From the NCBI GenBank assembly GCA_965222155.1, contig CBDCTH010000012.1:1568001-1632000 (forward strand): a stretch of DNA of 64,000 bases. Reading direction: 5' to 3'. Within the stretch, counting starts at the first letter, position 1; every line of letters starts with the position of its first letter. This stretch comes from Gammaproteobacteria bacterium (GTDB lineage: Bacteria > Pseudomonadota > Gammaproteobacteria > Eutrophobiales > Eutrophobiaceae). The translations under genes were made by a program, and so were the position numbers. Below are positions 10,008 through 20,785 of the stretch, piece by piece. A model generated the notes under the pieces. That model searched no databases, was not told the DNA's origin, and worked only from the letters and a program-made list of their open reading frames with translations.

Positions 10008-10568
10008 ATGAAGAATAACAAGGTATGTGTATTTGCCGGTTCCAATAACGGCGCAGGCTCTGAATATGCAGACGCGGCTTCAGCTCTCGGCAGAGAATTG
10101 GCAAAACGCGGCCTGGGTCTTGTCTTTGGCGGCGGAGGGACCGGCCTGATGGGTGCGGCAGCAGATGCGGTTTTGCACCAGGGTGGTGAGGTGATCGGGG
10201 TCATCCCGACGTTTCTGGTAAATAAGGAGGGTAGAATAGTACATGATCAGGTAACCGAACTTCATGTGGTCGGTTCAATGCATGAACGAAAAGCGTTGAT
10301 GTTTGAGTTATCTGACTGCTTTATTGCACTCCCCGGCGGTCTTGGGACATTTGAAGAAATTCTCGAAGTGTTAACCTGGAGACAACTGGGTCTGCATGAC
10401 AAACCCTGCGCCGTATTAAACGTTGACGGTTATTTCGACCGACTTCTTGACTTTCTTGACCACGCCGTGGCAGAACGGTTTATCCAACCCGAGGAACGCA
10501 ACAGGTTGATCGCGGAAACAACCCCGGAATCCGTTCTGAATACGATGGAAAAACAGAATATTATCTAA
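10008..10568 (+). CDS. LOG-family nucleotide phosphoribohydrolase (TIGR00730)
   Basis: VCVFAGS, GLMG, MHERKA, PGGLGTFEE; could start upstream at 9957. Confidence 0.92.
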   Translation: MKNNKVCVFAGSNNGAGSEYADAASALGRELAKRGLGLVFGGGGTGLMGAAADAVLHQGGEVIGVIPTFLVNKEGRIVHDQVTELHVVGSMHERKALMFELSDCFIALPGGLGTFEEILEVLTWRQLGLHDKPCAVLNVDGYFDRLLDFLDHAVAERFIQPEERNRLIAETTPESVLNTMEKQNII

Positions 10569-10592
10569 AATAATATGATGTCATAGAATATT

Positions 10593-10798
10593 CAGGGCAA
10601 ACGCATACTTTTGGATTCTGTTGCAGAAGACAGGAAACCAACCGGAAAACGCCGCCCGTCATGCTGGCGAATGCCAGCATCCAGTCAAACAACAGCGCAT
10701 GATCATGGTGATGAAGGGTTATTCACTGGATTCTGGCTTGCGCCAGAATGACGGAATCGGGTAAAAACATCTGAATTCAAAAGTATGCGTTTGCCCTG
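10593..10798. mobile_element. MITE family C (ISAs1-like CAGGG ends, 10-bp target duplication)
   Basis: ATAGAATATT|CAGGGCAAACGCATACTTTT...AAAAGTATGCGTTTGCCCTG|ATAGAATATT. Confidence 0.9.
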
Positions 10799-10827
10799 AT
10801 AGAATATTATTAATAATATACTTTACT

Positions 10828-13707
10828 TTAATTTGTCAATAACTCCGCCTGTCTCACAATATTTTCAGGTTTAGCCGCACTGAATTTTCTGATAATCGGC
10901 GCCAGGTAGCGACCGGTATAAGACCGCACTTGCCTTGCCAGGTCTTCAGGTGTGCCGGCGGCTATGATCTCACCCCCGCCGTCTCCGCCTTCTGGCCCCA
11001 GGTCGATTATCCAGTCCGCGGTTTTAATGACATCCAGGTTGTGTTCGATGACAACCACAGTATTGCCGTGATCGCGCAACTGGTGCAGTACGCCGAGCAA
11101 CTGTTTTACATCATGGAAATGCAGGCCGGTCGTCGGTTCATCCAGTATGTACAGGGTCTTGCCGGTATCCCGTTTGGATAACTCCCTGGACAGCTTTACC
11201 CTCTGCGCTTCACCCCCGGAGAGCGTTGTCGCATTCTGTCCGAGACGGATATAGGCCAGCCCGACGTCAATCAAAGTCTGCAGTTTACGGGCGATGACCG
11301 GCACTGCGGTGAAGAACTCCCGGGCATCTTCCACCGTCATATCCAGTATTTCGTGGATGTTTTTGCCTTTATATCTGACTTGCAGGGTTTCCCTGTTATA
11401 GCGTTTGCCTTTACAGACATCGCACATTACGTAGATATCCGGTAAAAAGTGCATTTCAACCTTGATGAGCCCGTCGCCCTGGCAGGCTTCACAACGCCCC
11501 CCCTTGACGTTGAAGCTGAAACGACCAGGCTTGTATCCCCTGGAACGCGCTTCCCGGGTGGCGGCAAACAGTTCCCGGATTGGCGTAAACAAACCGGTAT
11601 ACGTAGCCGGATTCGAACGCGGGGTGCGCCCGATAGGGCTTTGATCAATATCCACCACCTTATCGATATACTCCAGACCGGATATGGACTGGTAGGGGGC
11701 AGGCTTGGCTGCGGCGTGATTCAGTTCGCCCGCGGCAATACGGTACAAAGTATCATTGATCAAAGTCGATTTGCCCGAGCCGGAAACGCCGGTGACACAA
11801 GTCATCAGTCCAAGCGGCAGTTCAAGTTGAATTGATTTCAGGTTATTCCCTGTGGCACCGGTCAGCACCACCACCTGCTCCGGGTCAGGCTTGACCCGTA
11901 AGCGCGGCATGTTGATACACTCCCGTCCCGATAAGTATGCCCCGGTCAACGAATCTTCGCATTGCGCTATTTGTTCCGGCCGGCCCTGCGCTACAACCCT
12001 GCCGCCGTGAACGCCGGCGCCCGGCCCCATATCAATGACATGGTCAGCCGCATTGATTGCCTCTTCATCATGCTCAACAACAATAACCGTATTGCCCAGG
12101 TCCCGCAGTTGCCGTAACGTCTCCAGCAGCCGCTTATTATCCCGTTGATGCAGGCCTATTGAAGGCTCATCCAGGACATACATGACGCCGACCAGCCCCG
12201 CACCTATCTGGCTCGCCAGGCGGATACGCTGGGCCTCTCCGCCGGACAGGGTTTCCGCGCTCCGGTCCAGGGTCAGGTAGTCCAGACCTACATTGATAAG
12301 AAAGCGCAGCCGGTCCTCCACTTCCTTCAATATGCGTGCGGCAATTTCTCCGCGCTGTCCGGTAATTACCATGCGTTGAAAAAATGCCTGTGCCTGCATC
12401 ACGGGCATGGCAGTGATTGTCGGCAGATTAATATTATTTATAAACACATGCCGGGCAGCTTCGTTAAGGCGTTGTCCGCTACAGGACGGACAGGGCTGAC
12501 TACTCTGGTATTTGTTCAAGTCTTCCCTGATCATGACTGATTCGGTTTCCCGATAACGTCGCTGCATATTAGGGATGACACCCTCAAAGGCATGAGAGCG
12601 TTTGACGATACCGCGCTTGCTGTGCAGGTATTCAAATGCAATTTCCTCGCTGCCGCTGCCGTACAGGATAACCTGCCGGATTTGTTCATCCAGCTCGGCA
12701 AACGGCGTATCGATAGCAAACTCATAGTGCTTTGCGAGCGATTTGATCAACTGATAGTAATAGGCATTACGCCTGTCCCAGCCGCGTATGGCGCCGTCTG
12801 GCAGACTTAGTGAACGATCCTGGATTATCTTGTCGGCATCAAAAAACTGGATGACGCCAAGGCCGTCACAACGGGAACAGGCGCCGACGGGGTTATTAAA
12901 AGAAAATAACCTGGGTTCCAACTCACTCAGACTGTAGCCGCATTGCGAACAGGCAAACCGGGTTGAGAACACCGTATCACCCGCATCAAGGTCATCCATT
13001 GACGCAACAATGGCCAGGCCGTCTGACAGGCGCACTGTGGTTTCCAGGGATTCAGCGAGCCGTAAACCGATGTCGGGACGTACCCGAAAGCGGTCCACTA
13101 CTACCTCGATTGTATGTTTTCTGCGCAGGTCCAATGCAGGGGTACTATCCAGTTCAACCACCTTCCCATCTATGCGGGCGCGCACGAAACCCTCCGCCCT
13201 GATCCTTTCAATCTGTTGTATATGCTCGCCTTTTCTGCCTTGTACCACTGGCGCCAGCAGCATCAATCGACGCCCATGAGGTTGTTCAATTATAACATCC
13301 ACCATCTGGGTAATAGTCTGGGCGGCCAGTAGTGTCTGGTGTTCCGGACAGTGCGGCTCTCCCACCCTGGCAAATAACAGACGCAGGTAATCATAGATTT
13401 CGGTAATAGTGCCTACGGTGGATCGCGGGTTATGAGATGTCGACTTCTGTTCTATGCTGATAGCCGGGGACAGTCCTTCTATATGATCCACGTCAGGTTT
13501 TTCCATCATGGACAGGAACTGCCTGGCATAAGCGGACAAGGATTCCACGTAGCGGCGCTGGCCGTCGGCATAGATGGTATCAAACGCCAGAGATGACTTG
13601 CCCGACCCCGATAAACCGGTGATCACAATCATCCGGTCCCTGGGAATATCCAGGTTGATGTTGTTCAGGTTATGGGTCCTGGCGCCCCTGATTCGTATGC
13701 TGTCCAC
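10828..13707 (-). CDS. uvrA: Excinuclease ABC subunit A
   Basis: Two ABC domains ([18 protein letters not shown]), LSGGEAQR x2, zinc fingers. Confidence 0.98.
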   Translation of the reverse strand: MDSIRIRGARTHNLNNINLDIPRDRMIVITGLSGSGKSSLAFDTIYADGQRRYVESLSAYARQFLSMMEKPDVDHIEGLSPAISIEQKSTSHNPRSTVGTITEIYDYLRLLFARVGEPHCPEHQTLLAAQTITQMVDVIIEQPHGRRLMLLAPVVQGRKGEHIQQIERIRAEGFVRARIDGKVVELDSTPALDLRRKHTIEVVVDRFRVRPDIGLRLAESLETTVRLSDGLAIVASMDDLDAGDTVFSTRFACSQCGYSLSELEPRLFSFNNPVGACSRCDGLGVIQFFDADKIIQDRSLSLPDGAIRGWDRRNAYYYQLIKSLAKHYEFAIDTPFAELDEQIRQVILYGSGSEEIAFEYLHSKRGIVKRSHAFEGVIPNMQRRYRETESVMIREDLNKYQSSQPCPSCSGQRLNEAARHVFINNINLPTITAMPVMQAQAFFQRMVITGQRGEIAARILKEVEDRLRFLINVGLDYLTLDRSAETLSGGEAQRIRLASQIGAGLVGVMYVLDEPSIGLHQRDNKRLLETLRQLRDLGNTVIVVEHDEEAINAADHVIDMGPGAGVHGGRVVAQGRPEQIAQCEDSLTGAYLSGRECINMPRLRVKPDPEQVVVLTGATGNNLKSIQLELPLGLMTCVTGVSGSGKSTLINDTLYRIAAGELNHAAAKPAPYQSISGLEYIDKVVDIDQSPIGRTPRSNPATYTGLFTPIRELFAATREARSRGYKPGRFSFNVKGGRCEACQGDGLIKVEMHFLPDIYVMCDVCKGKRYNRETLQVRYKGKNIHEILDMTVEDAREFFTAVPVIARKLQTLIDVGLAYIRLGQNATTLSGGEAQRVKLSRELSKRDTGKTLYILDEPTTGLHFHDVKQLLGVLHQLRDHGNTVVVIEHNLDVIKTADWIIDLGPEGGDGGGEIIAAGTPEDLARQVRSYTGRYLAPIIRKFSAAKPENIVRQAELLTN

Positions 13708-13860
13708 GTTAGCTGCTTTTGTTTGGCTGAATTTAATTCAACCTGCTAATATAAGGGATGATTCGCATGAGTCCAACCGGGTTTTATCCCCGGCTGAAAA
13801 AACAGCAGTACAAGCGTTGTTTTTTTTAACACTAAAATTAAATCGTAAAGGAGTGGAATA

Positions 13861-14328
13861 ATGGCCAGAGGAATTAATAAAGTCATCCTTATTGGAAACT
13901 TAGGAAACGATCCGGATGTAAGGTATACGTCCGGCGGGGCGCCCATCGCCAATGTCAGTGTGGCGACTTCTGAATCGTGGCGGGATAAGGAAACAGGTGA
14001 CCTGCAGGAGCGAACGGAATGGCATCGTGTCGTATTTTTCAGTCGGCTGGCGGAGATAGTGTCTGAATATTTGCGCAAAGGCTCAAAGATCTACGTAGAA
14101 GGACGGCTGCAAACGCGCAAATGGCAGGATCGCGATGGCAATGATCGGTATACGACTGAAGTCGTAGCCAATGAAATGCAAATGCTGGATAGCAAGGGTG
14201 CTTCGGGGGAATTCACCGGGACATCATCTGCACCGACGCGCAAACCGGCCGCTGCAAATGCTCCCGTGCAACAGGACAACAGTCCTGGTGATGGCGGTGA
14301 ATTTGTTGATGATGATATCCCGTTTTAA
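13861..14328 (+). CDS. ssb: Single-stranded DNA-binding protein
   Basis: [10 protein letters not shown]...DDDIPF tail; divergent from uvrA. Confidence 0.98.
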   Translation: MARGINKVILIGNLGNDPDVRYTSGGAPIANVSVATSESWRDKETGDLQERTEWHRVVFFSRLAEIVSEYLRKGSKIYVEGRLQTRKWQDRDGNDRYTTEVVANEMQMLDSKGASGEFTGTSSAPTRKPAAANAPVQQDNSPGDGGEFVDDDIPF

Positions 14329-14436
14329 ATAAAGCATCTCTACAAGTAATGTTACGCTGAGAGCAGCGACGCCTTTTTCTGCCGGAGCCCTGGTTATTAA
14401 ACAGAAAATCATGAACCCCGAAGGGTTTCAGAAACT

Positions 14437-17256
14437 ATGGACTTACAAAAAAACTTCCTGATTATTTTTGCGTCCATCGTGACGCTGATGCTGCTGTCAC
14501 TGATCCTTTACATGAACGTACTGGAAAATGAAGCAACCATTGTAGAAGCGGCTGAAAAAAGATACAAATCATACCTGCTGGCTGATGAATTGCGCCAGAG
14601 TTCGGATGACCTTACCCGCATGGCGAGAACCTATACGCTCACCGCCGATGCAAAATACAAAGAGTACTTCGAAAGAATTCTGGCCATAAGGAGCGGAGCT
14701 GCGCCGCGTCCTGTGGATTATCATAATATCTACTGGGACTTCGTTGCCGCCACAGGCGCACTACCCCGGATAGAAACGCCTCCAAAGCCTTTGAAACAAT
14801 TGATGAAAGAAGCGGACTTCACGGAAACCGAGTTTGCTCTCCTACAGGAAACGGAGACTGAATCCAACGAGCTTGTCAACCTGGAAAACCGGGCAATGAA
14901 TGCCATGGTGGGAATCTTTGAAGACGCTACGGGTCGCTATACCAGAAGTGAACCCGATAGAGAACTGGCTCGTAATCTGCTGCACGGTGACGCGTATCAT
15001 AAGGCAAAGGAAAAAGTTATGACGCCACTGGAGAAATTTTTCGACGCTATCGATCACAGGACTTCGGGGGAAATCGCAGTTTACCGTGATAAACAACGCA
15101 GGGTTAACCTTGTATTGATGCTCACCCTTGGCTTGTCAGCCTGTCTCGCCTTTATTTCCCTGCTCCTGGGGGCGGCCTCCTTGAAAAAGAAAGGTGCGGA
15201 CACGGGGAAGTCAAGGCTGGCGCAACGTCTGGCCGCTAGTGGTTACCCTTCTCCCTCTTCAGATAACAAGCTGCCGGCTCGAGACAGGCTGGCCCAGCGC
15301 CTGTCGACCTCTGCTTCTCCCGCCGCTGCCAAAGAAGGTCAGGAAATAAAAAAAGAAAACTCATCCCTGTTATTTTTTGTCAGGAACTTCTGGAATAACT
15401 GGCCTATTATCGTAGCGGCTATCGTCATTACCTTTATGACGCTGGGACTGTCATGGTGGTTTGTGAGCGAGAACAGAATTCAATCATATACCAAGGTCAG
15501 GGATGAGTTGAAATTTACCTTGGATGCCACCCACGGCGCGGTTCTGGACTGGTTAAATCAAACCAGCCGGGACGCTGCCAACTTTGCCGAAGCGGTCGGC
15601 CGCCAAGTGTCCGAAGAAACCCTGCAACTGATAAAAGATTATCCGGACCATGTATTGCATCAGGAACTGGCAGCTTCAATGATTGCAGATCCGGAGAACC
15701 TCAAAAACATTTCAGTCGAGCAAGAACTAAAGTCACTCGCCGTAGATTCGAGTATCGCCGACCCCGACCTGTTTGAAAACTACATGATCGTCGATAATAA
15801 AGGCATCGTACTTTCCAGCAATCGGGCAGATCTTATCGGGAAATATTTTGCATTTCCAGGCGGCACCATGGAACGATTGTTGACCCAAAAAACGATTATC
15901 AGTTTTCCTGATCGGCAGGCCGGCGATAATTTACTATCCAGAAATATAGTTTTTGGTTCCCTGATAGATGAAAATAAGGGCGCAGTATTCATCATGGCGT
16001 CACCCAGGCGAATGTTGTCTACAATCTTGAGGAGGGGATATTCCGGTAATTACGGTGAGATTTATATGGTTGACGCCGAGGGTCGTTTTATCAGCGAACC
16101 GCGCTGGAAAGAGGAAATGATTGATAAGGGCCGGGTCCGCGCGGACACCCTCTCCGTTGTGGGGATGAGTGTCAGCCAATACGAAAACGCTACCCGGCAA
16201 GCCGGCTTTCCGCTCTCTGTCGGGCGCGTCATATCGGGTGTAAGCGGCGAGGAATTGGATGACTATGAAAATTACCTGGGGGACGAGGTAGTGGGGTACT
16301 GGAACTGGAACAACACCTACGGATTTGGCATTATCAATGAGTACAAAAGTCAAGATGCCTTTGCCACATTCAATGCCTATAAAAATCAGGCCCTGGCAGG
16401 CAGTTGGTTCACGGTACTACTATTCCTGATCCTGACCTTGATGTCCATCTGGAGTCGAACCAAGGTTGCCAGAGCCAACGAGGACCTGAAAGGCGCCTTC
16501 AAGACGATCAAGTCGCATAATGACAAGCTTGCCCAGGACCTCAGGATTGGCCAAAAAGTGCAGTTGGATATGTTACCCGATCCGATAGAAGGTGACGGTT
16601 TTAACCTGGAGGCGTTTTTGAAACCGGCGCAAAGTGTTTCGGGGGACTTTTATGATTTCTCACTCATGCAGGATGGAAAAGTGTACTTTTGCGTGGGTGA
16701 CGTTTCCGGTAAAGGCATACCGGCCTCTCTTTTCATGTCCGTCAGCAAGTCCCTGCTCAATAAGATACTGGACCAGACCGACCAGACAAAAGATATCATA
16801 ACCAGGGTTAACCGGGAATTGTCCTTGAACAATGACAGCAACATGTTTGTAACACTGATTCTGGGGATTATGGATCTGAAAACAGGGAAACTGCTCATTA
16901 CCAATGCAGGACATAACCTGCCATTTATTAAAAAGCAGTCTGGCGAACTTATATGTCTCGATAAGATACAAGGACCCCTGGTGGGTACCTTTGAAGACAT
17001 AGAATTTGAACAACAATCAATTGAAATGGCCAAGGGTGATATGGTGCTGTTTTATACCGATGGCGTGACTGAGGCACAGAACATACGGGATGATTTCTAT
17101 GAGGATGACCGGTTAGAGGAATTGTTGAAACAAAACGAGTTTGAAAGCGCCAGCGATATGACAAATAGCGTCATCAGAAGCGTTCTTCGGTTTATAGGAC
17201 GAGCAGATCAATTTGATGACATCACCATCCTGTCCTTTCAATATACCGGCCTGTAA
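14437..17256 (+). CDS. Membrane-bound SpoIIE/RsbU-type PP2C phosphatase with two extracytoplasmic sensor regions
   Basis: Four hydrophobic segments; C-terminal VSGDFYD, GDVSGKG, NAGH, YTDGVTE, DDIT motifs. Confidence 0.9.
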   Translation: MDLQKNFLIIFASIVTLMLLSLILYMNVLENEATIVEAAEKRYKSYLLADELRQSSDDLTRMARTYTLTADAKYKEYFERILAIRSGAAPRPVDYHNIYWDFVAATGALPRIETPPKPLKQLMKEADFTETEFALLQETETESNELVNLENRAMNAMVGIFEDATGRYTRSEPDRELARNLLHGDAYHKAKEKVMTPLEKFFDAIDHRTSGEIAVYRDKQRRVNLVLMLTLGLSACLAFISLLLGAASLKKKGADTGKSRLAQRLAASGYPSPSSDNKLPARDRLAQRLSTSASPAAAKEGQEIKKENSSLLFFVRNFWNNWPIIVAAIVITFMTLGLSWWFVSENRIQSYTKVRDELKFTLDATHGAVLDWLNQTSRDAANFAEAVGRQVSEETLQLIKDYPDHVLHQELAASMIADPENLKNISVEQELKSLAVDSSIADPDLFENYMIVDNKGIVLSSNRADLIGKYFAFPGGTMERLLTQKTIISFPDRQAGDNLLSRNIVFGSLIDENKGAVFIMASPRRMLSTILRRGYSGNYGEIYMVDAEGRFISEPRWKEEMIDKGRVRADTLSVVGMSVSQYENATRQAGFPLSVGRVISGVSGEELDDYENYLGDEVVGYWNWNNTYGFGIINEYKSQDAFATFNAYKNQALAGSWFTVLLFLILTLMSIWSRTKVARANEDLKGAFKTIKSHNDKLAQDLRIGQKVQLDMLPDPIEGDGFNLEAFLKPAQSVSGDFYDFSLMQDGKVYFCVGDVSGKGIPASLFMSVSKSLLNKILDQTDQTKDIITRVNRELSLNNDSNMFVTLILGIMDLKTGKLLITNAGHNLPFIKKQSGELICLDKIQGPLVGTFEDIEFEQQSIEMAKGDMVLFYTDGVTEAQNIRDDFYEDDRLEELLKQNEFESASDMTNSVIRSVLRFIGRADQFDDITILSFQYTGL

Positions 17257-17319
17257 CAGCCCGCTGTGGATATCGCTGTACCTGTAGCGGGACTGCTGCT
17301 ATTTTCAATAGTGCCGTAG

Positions 17320-17772
17320 TTACAGTTTAGACTTGATAATGACTACTTCGTTTCCATCCTGTGAACCATAGTATTCGAGCCGATCATTAAGGCTTTTTAC
17401 CAGGTGAATCCCCAATCCTCCCCCTTTCTCCTTTTTTTGTTCAGGGTCTTTGCCTCCAAGCCGCGGCTCCGGCGCATTTCTTAATAAATCAAAAGGTGGC
17501 GCCTGATCTCGCATACAAATTCTGAGATCTGTACCGATGTTTTCGGCTTCCACAACTACAGTGCCTTCTTGCCCTTCGGGGTAACCATGAGTGAATGAAT
17601 TTACAATCAATTCCTCCATGGAAAGCTCCAGTTCAAATATCTTGCCGTCATCCAAACCCTGCTCTTCACAATACGACCTTAAATCATCAGAAAAACTGGG
17701 CAGATCATTGGAAAGGTCAGATAAAACCCATTTAAAAGAATCGTCTTTTACCACCATAATTGTGTCTCGCAA
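17320..17772 (-). CDS. RsbW-like anti-sigma factor Ser/Thr kinase (HATPase_c_2)
   Basis: EELIVNSFTHGY, DQAPPFD, GGLGIHLV; true start may be 17757. Confidence 0.88.
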   Translation of the reverse strand: MRDTIMVVKDDSFKWVLSDLSNDLPSFSDDLRSYCEEQGLDDGKIFELELSMEELIVNSFTHGYPEGQEGTVVVEAENIGTDLRICMRDQAPPFDLLRNAPEPRLGGKDPEQKKEKGGGLGIHLVKSLNDRLEYYGSQDGNEVVIIKSKL

Positions 17773-17958
17773 AAAAGTTATAATGTATTATTCATATATT
17801 GATTGGTATACTATACCAATCGGTATTTATTCGGCACCCGGATTTTAGATAATGTCTTGCCTCTCACAGCGCAGTATAAAAGACTGGGCAGTTAAATTCA
17901 AAATTAGCTACAATGCCGGTCACAACCAGCAAGTACTTATAACAACAAGAGAAAAATA

Positions 17959-18300
17959 ATGAGCGATATTCAAACGGTAAACCAGGATGGTATAGTTATA
18001 CTAAATCTGAAAGGGCGGGTTGATGCAACAAATTCAGGAACGGTTCATGATAAGGTCATGGATGAAATTAAAAACGGTTGCAACAAGATGATCATTAATT
18101 TTTCAGACGTTAATTACATCTCCAGTGCCGGCTTACGCGTCCTGATATTTGCTACAAAGAGTTTTGCCAAGAGTTCAGGATCATTTTCTGTTTGTTCCCT
18201 GAATGAAAATATCATGAAGATATTTGAAATAAGTGGTCTGGTGAACCTGTTTACCATCCATGATGACCTGGAGAAAGGCATCGCTTCAATCAAGGATTAA
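17959..18300 (+). CDS. STAS anti-anti-sigma factor (RsbV-like)
   Basis: GRVDA...YISSAGLR phospho-Ser motif, IFEISG. Confidence 0.92.
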   Translation: MSDIQTVNQDGIVILNLKGRVDATNSGTVHDKVMDEIKNGCNKMIINFSDVNYISSAGLRVLIFATKSFAKSSGSFSVCSLNENIMKIFEISGLVNLFTIHDDLEKGIASIKD

Positions 18301-18307
18301 ACGGGCA

Positions 18308-18808
18308 TCACAAGCCTCGCTGTCTGTGTTTATAGACAGGTAGGGCCCCATCCGCAGCCGTCTGGTATTTGACGGTAAAATCAGACAGTCCCTTCAAAGC
18401 ATCTTCCGGGTTCTTGTCTTCACGGAGATGGAATGAATCAATACCGCAACGCTGCATAAAAAACAACTGATCCCTGAGCACATCTCCCAGCGCGCGTATC
18501 TCACCCCGGTAACCGAATCGATCACGTAATAATCGGGCATGGGAATAACTCCGCCCATCCGTGAATTTTGGAAACTCCAGGGCAATGAGTTCAAATAATC
18601 CCAGTGAGTCGGATAAATCCTCCAGGCTGTCATCACCATTTAAGCATACGGCAATCTTACCTTTATGCCGGGACAGCCGATCCCGGTTATCGCGCCAGTA
18701 GTCCAGGGGGATAATCCAGTCGCCGTCAGGTAATGACTGCTGTTGCTCCAATGCAGTGAGCCGTTGCCAACTGTCTTCCAGAACCTTGCCTGCCTTAATA
18801 ACCCGCAA
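18308..18808 (-). CDS. DUF934 sulfite-reduction associated protein
   Basis: FPKFTDGRSYSHARLLR, GDVLRDQL; overlaps the reductase 3' end. Confidence 0.92.
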   Translation of the reverse strand: MRVIKAGKVLEDSWQRLTALEQQQSLPDGDWIIPLDYWRDNRDRLSRHKGKIAVCLNGDDSLEDLSDSLGLFELIALEFPKFTDGRSYSHARLLRDRFGYRGEIRALGDVLRDQLFFMQRCGIDSFHLREDKNPEDALKGLSDFTVKYQTAADGALPVYKHRQRGL

Positions 18809-20489
18809 CGGCTCTCATCTCCGGTATTTCCTCCGTCCCGGAGGCATAAACTTTTTCCTTGAAGGGTTCCATACCCACACGCAGGTAGGTTTCCAGGAAC
18901 TGCTCAGATCCTTCGCGCCGGTCCAGATAGACTTGCAGTATAGTATCTATCGTCTCTGCTACATTTTCCTTTTCGATCGCGGGGCCCAGACGATCCCCAA
19001 GTCGGGCGTTATTTCCGGCCGCGCCACCCAGTGTCAATTGATAGAACTCCTTACCCTTTTTATCCACGCCGAGAATGCCGATATGTCCCACATGATGATG
19101 TCCGCAGGCATTCATACAACCCGACATCTTTATCTGGAAATCACCGATATCATGCAGATAATCCAGTTCGGCAAACCTGTCATTGATTTGCCTGGCAATG
19201 TCTATGGAACCGGCATTGGCCAGATTACAAAAATCCAGCCCGGGACAGCAGATCATATCCGTCAACAGACCTATATTCGGCGTGGCCAGCCGCTCCCCTT
19301 TCAATGCATTCCAAAGTGGATACAGGTCTACCTGTCTGACATGCGGAAGGATCAGGTTCTGATCATGGGTCACTCTTATTTCAGAGTGACTGTACTTGTC
19401 TGCCATAGCCGCGATAAAATTCATCTGCCCGGCTGTTGCATCTCCCGGCGCGGAAGCGGGATGTTTGAGTGACAGGTAAACGGATCGATAACCCGGCGCC
19501 TTATGGGCTTTAACATTGCGCTGCACCCATAGGTTAAAGTCTTTCTGCAATACCAGGCGCTTGGCGAACGTTGCATCAGCGGCGGCATTATTATCAAAAT
19601 CGGGTTCAGTGAAAAAGCCTTTGACTCGATCGATCTCAACTTGATCCAGCAATAATACCGAGTCCTTGAAACGGCGCCATTCCGTTTCGACCATATCGGT
19701 AAATTTATCCGGACCCACCGCGTTGACCAGGATTTTTATCCTTGCCTTGTGCATGTTATCGCGTCGGCCCAGCTGGTTGTATACCCGCAGAATGGCCTCC
19801 AGGTAAGAAAGCAGGTGCCGCTTCTCCAGAAACTCACGGATACATACGCCTATATACGGCGTGCGCCCCAAACCTCCGCCAACCAGTATTTTACAGCCGA
19901 TTTCACCCTCATCGTTCCTGACCAGATATATACCGATGTCATGGATCTGTACGGCGGCCCGATCATTCTCTGCACCGCACACGGCAATCTTGAACTTGCG
20001 CGGCAGGAAAGAAAATTCCGGATGAAACGTGGACCACTGGCGTATAATTTCACAATAAGGCCGCGGGTCTTCCAATTCATCCTCAGCGACACCGGCAAAA
20101 TGATCGGAGGAGATATTGCGGATGCAGTTACCACTGGTCTGGATAGCATGCATCTGTACACTGGCCAGGTCAGCCAGGATATCCGGTACGGTTTCCAGTT
20201 TAGGCCAGTTAAACTGAATATTCTGCCGGGTGCTGAAGTGACCGTAACCCTTGTCGTACTTCTTTGCGATATGCCCCAACATACGTAGCTGTGTGGCAGA
20301 CAGCAATCCGTAGGGAATCGCCACACGTAGCATCGGCGCATGCCTCTGGATATACAGGCCATTCATCAGACGCAACGGTCGATATTCATCTTCACTGAGT
20401 TCGCCGGCGAGGAAACGCCGGGTCTGGTCGCGAAAAGAGGCTACACGCTCGTCTACGATTTGCTGATCGTATTGATCATACTGGTACAT
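18795..20489 (-). CDS. cysI: Ferredoxin-type sulfite/nitrite reductase hemoprotein (Pseudomonas CysI type)
   Basis: RLMNGLYIQRHAPMLRV, LPRKFK, CCPGLDFC and SGCMNACGHH siroheme/4Fe-4S ligands; start at MYQYD. Confidence 0.9.
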   Translation of the reverse strand: MYQYDQYDQQIVDERVASFRDQTRRFLAGELSEDEYRPLRLMNGLYIQRHAPMLRVAIPYGLLSATQLRMLGHIAKKYDKGYGHFSTRQNIQFNWPKLETVPDILADLASVQMHAIQTSGNCIRNISSDHFAGVAEDELEDPRPYCEIIRQWSTFHPEFSFLPRKFKIAVCGAENDRAAVQIHDIGIYLVRNDEGEIGCKILVGGGLGRTPYIGVCIREFLEKRHLLSYLEAILRVYNQLGRRDNMHKARIKILVNAVGPDKFTDMVETEWRRFKDSVLLLDQVEIDRVKGFFTEPDFDNNAAADATFAKRLVLQKDFNLWVQRNVKAHKAPGYRSVYLSLKHPASAPGDATAGQMNFIAAMADKYSHSEIRVTHDQNLILPHVRQVDLYPLWNALKGERLATPNIGLLTDMICCPGLDFCNLANAGSIDIARQINDRFAELDYLHDIGDFQIKMSGCMNACGHHHVGHIGILGVDKKGKEFYQLTLGGAAGNNARLGDRLGPAIEKENVAETIDTILQVYLDRREGSEQFLETYLRVGMEPFKEKVYASGTEEIPEMRAVAGY

Positions 20490-20698
20490 AGAAACTATAA
20501 ACAACTTATCAGTTATGGACAGACCGGATAGGATAGCAAGCAAGCCTTATGCAGAAAAGTGCTTAATTTGACTATATATATGACATACAGATATAAGGAT
20601 ACCTGTGATCAGGCAACTTCACGGGACAACTGCGCTACGGGTCAGGCCCAGCCAATCAGGTGGAATTCCGCTATGGCGCGGGCTTTAATCGCTCTAGC

Positions 20699-20779
20699 AT
20701 TTGGGGTCAGAGTAAAAATACACTCAGCCTGGCAAGTGGTACTGGTTTATTGTTGAGTATTTTTACTCTGACCCCAAAT
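20699..20779. repeat. Perfect 23-bp inverted repeat, GGGGTCAG-type REP doublet; possible terminator
   Basis: ATTTGGGGTCAGAGTAAAAATAC...GTATTTTTACTCTGACCCCAAAT just downstream of the EF-G paralogue. Confidence 0.8.
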
Positions 20780-20785
20780 ATCAAA

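Noticed and set aside
13790-13810. Possible LexA box between uvrA and ssb (CTGAAAAAACAGCAG)
   Set aside because: Spacing is CTG-N9-CAG rather than N10 and it lacks CTGT
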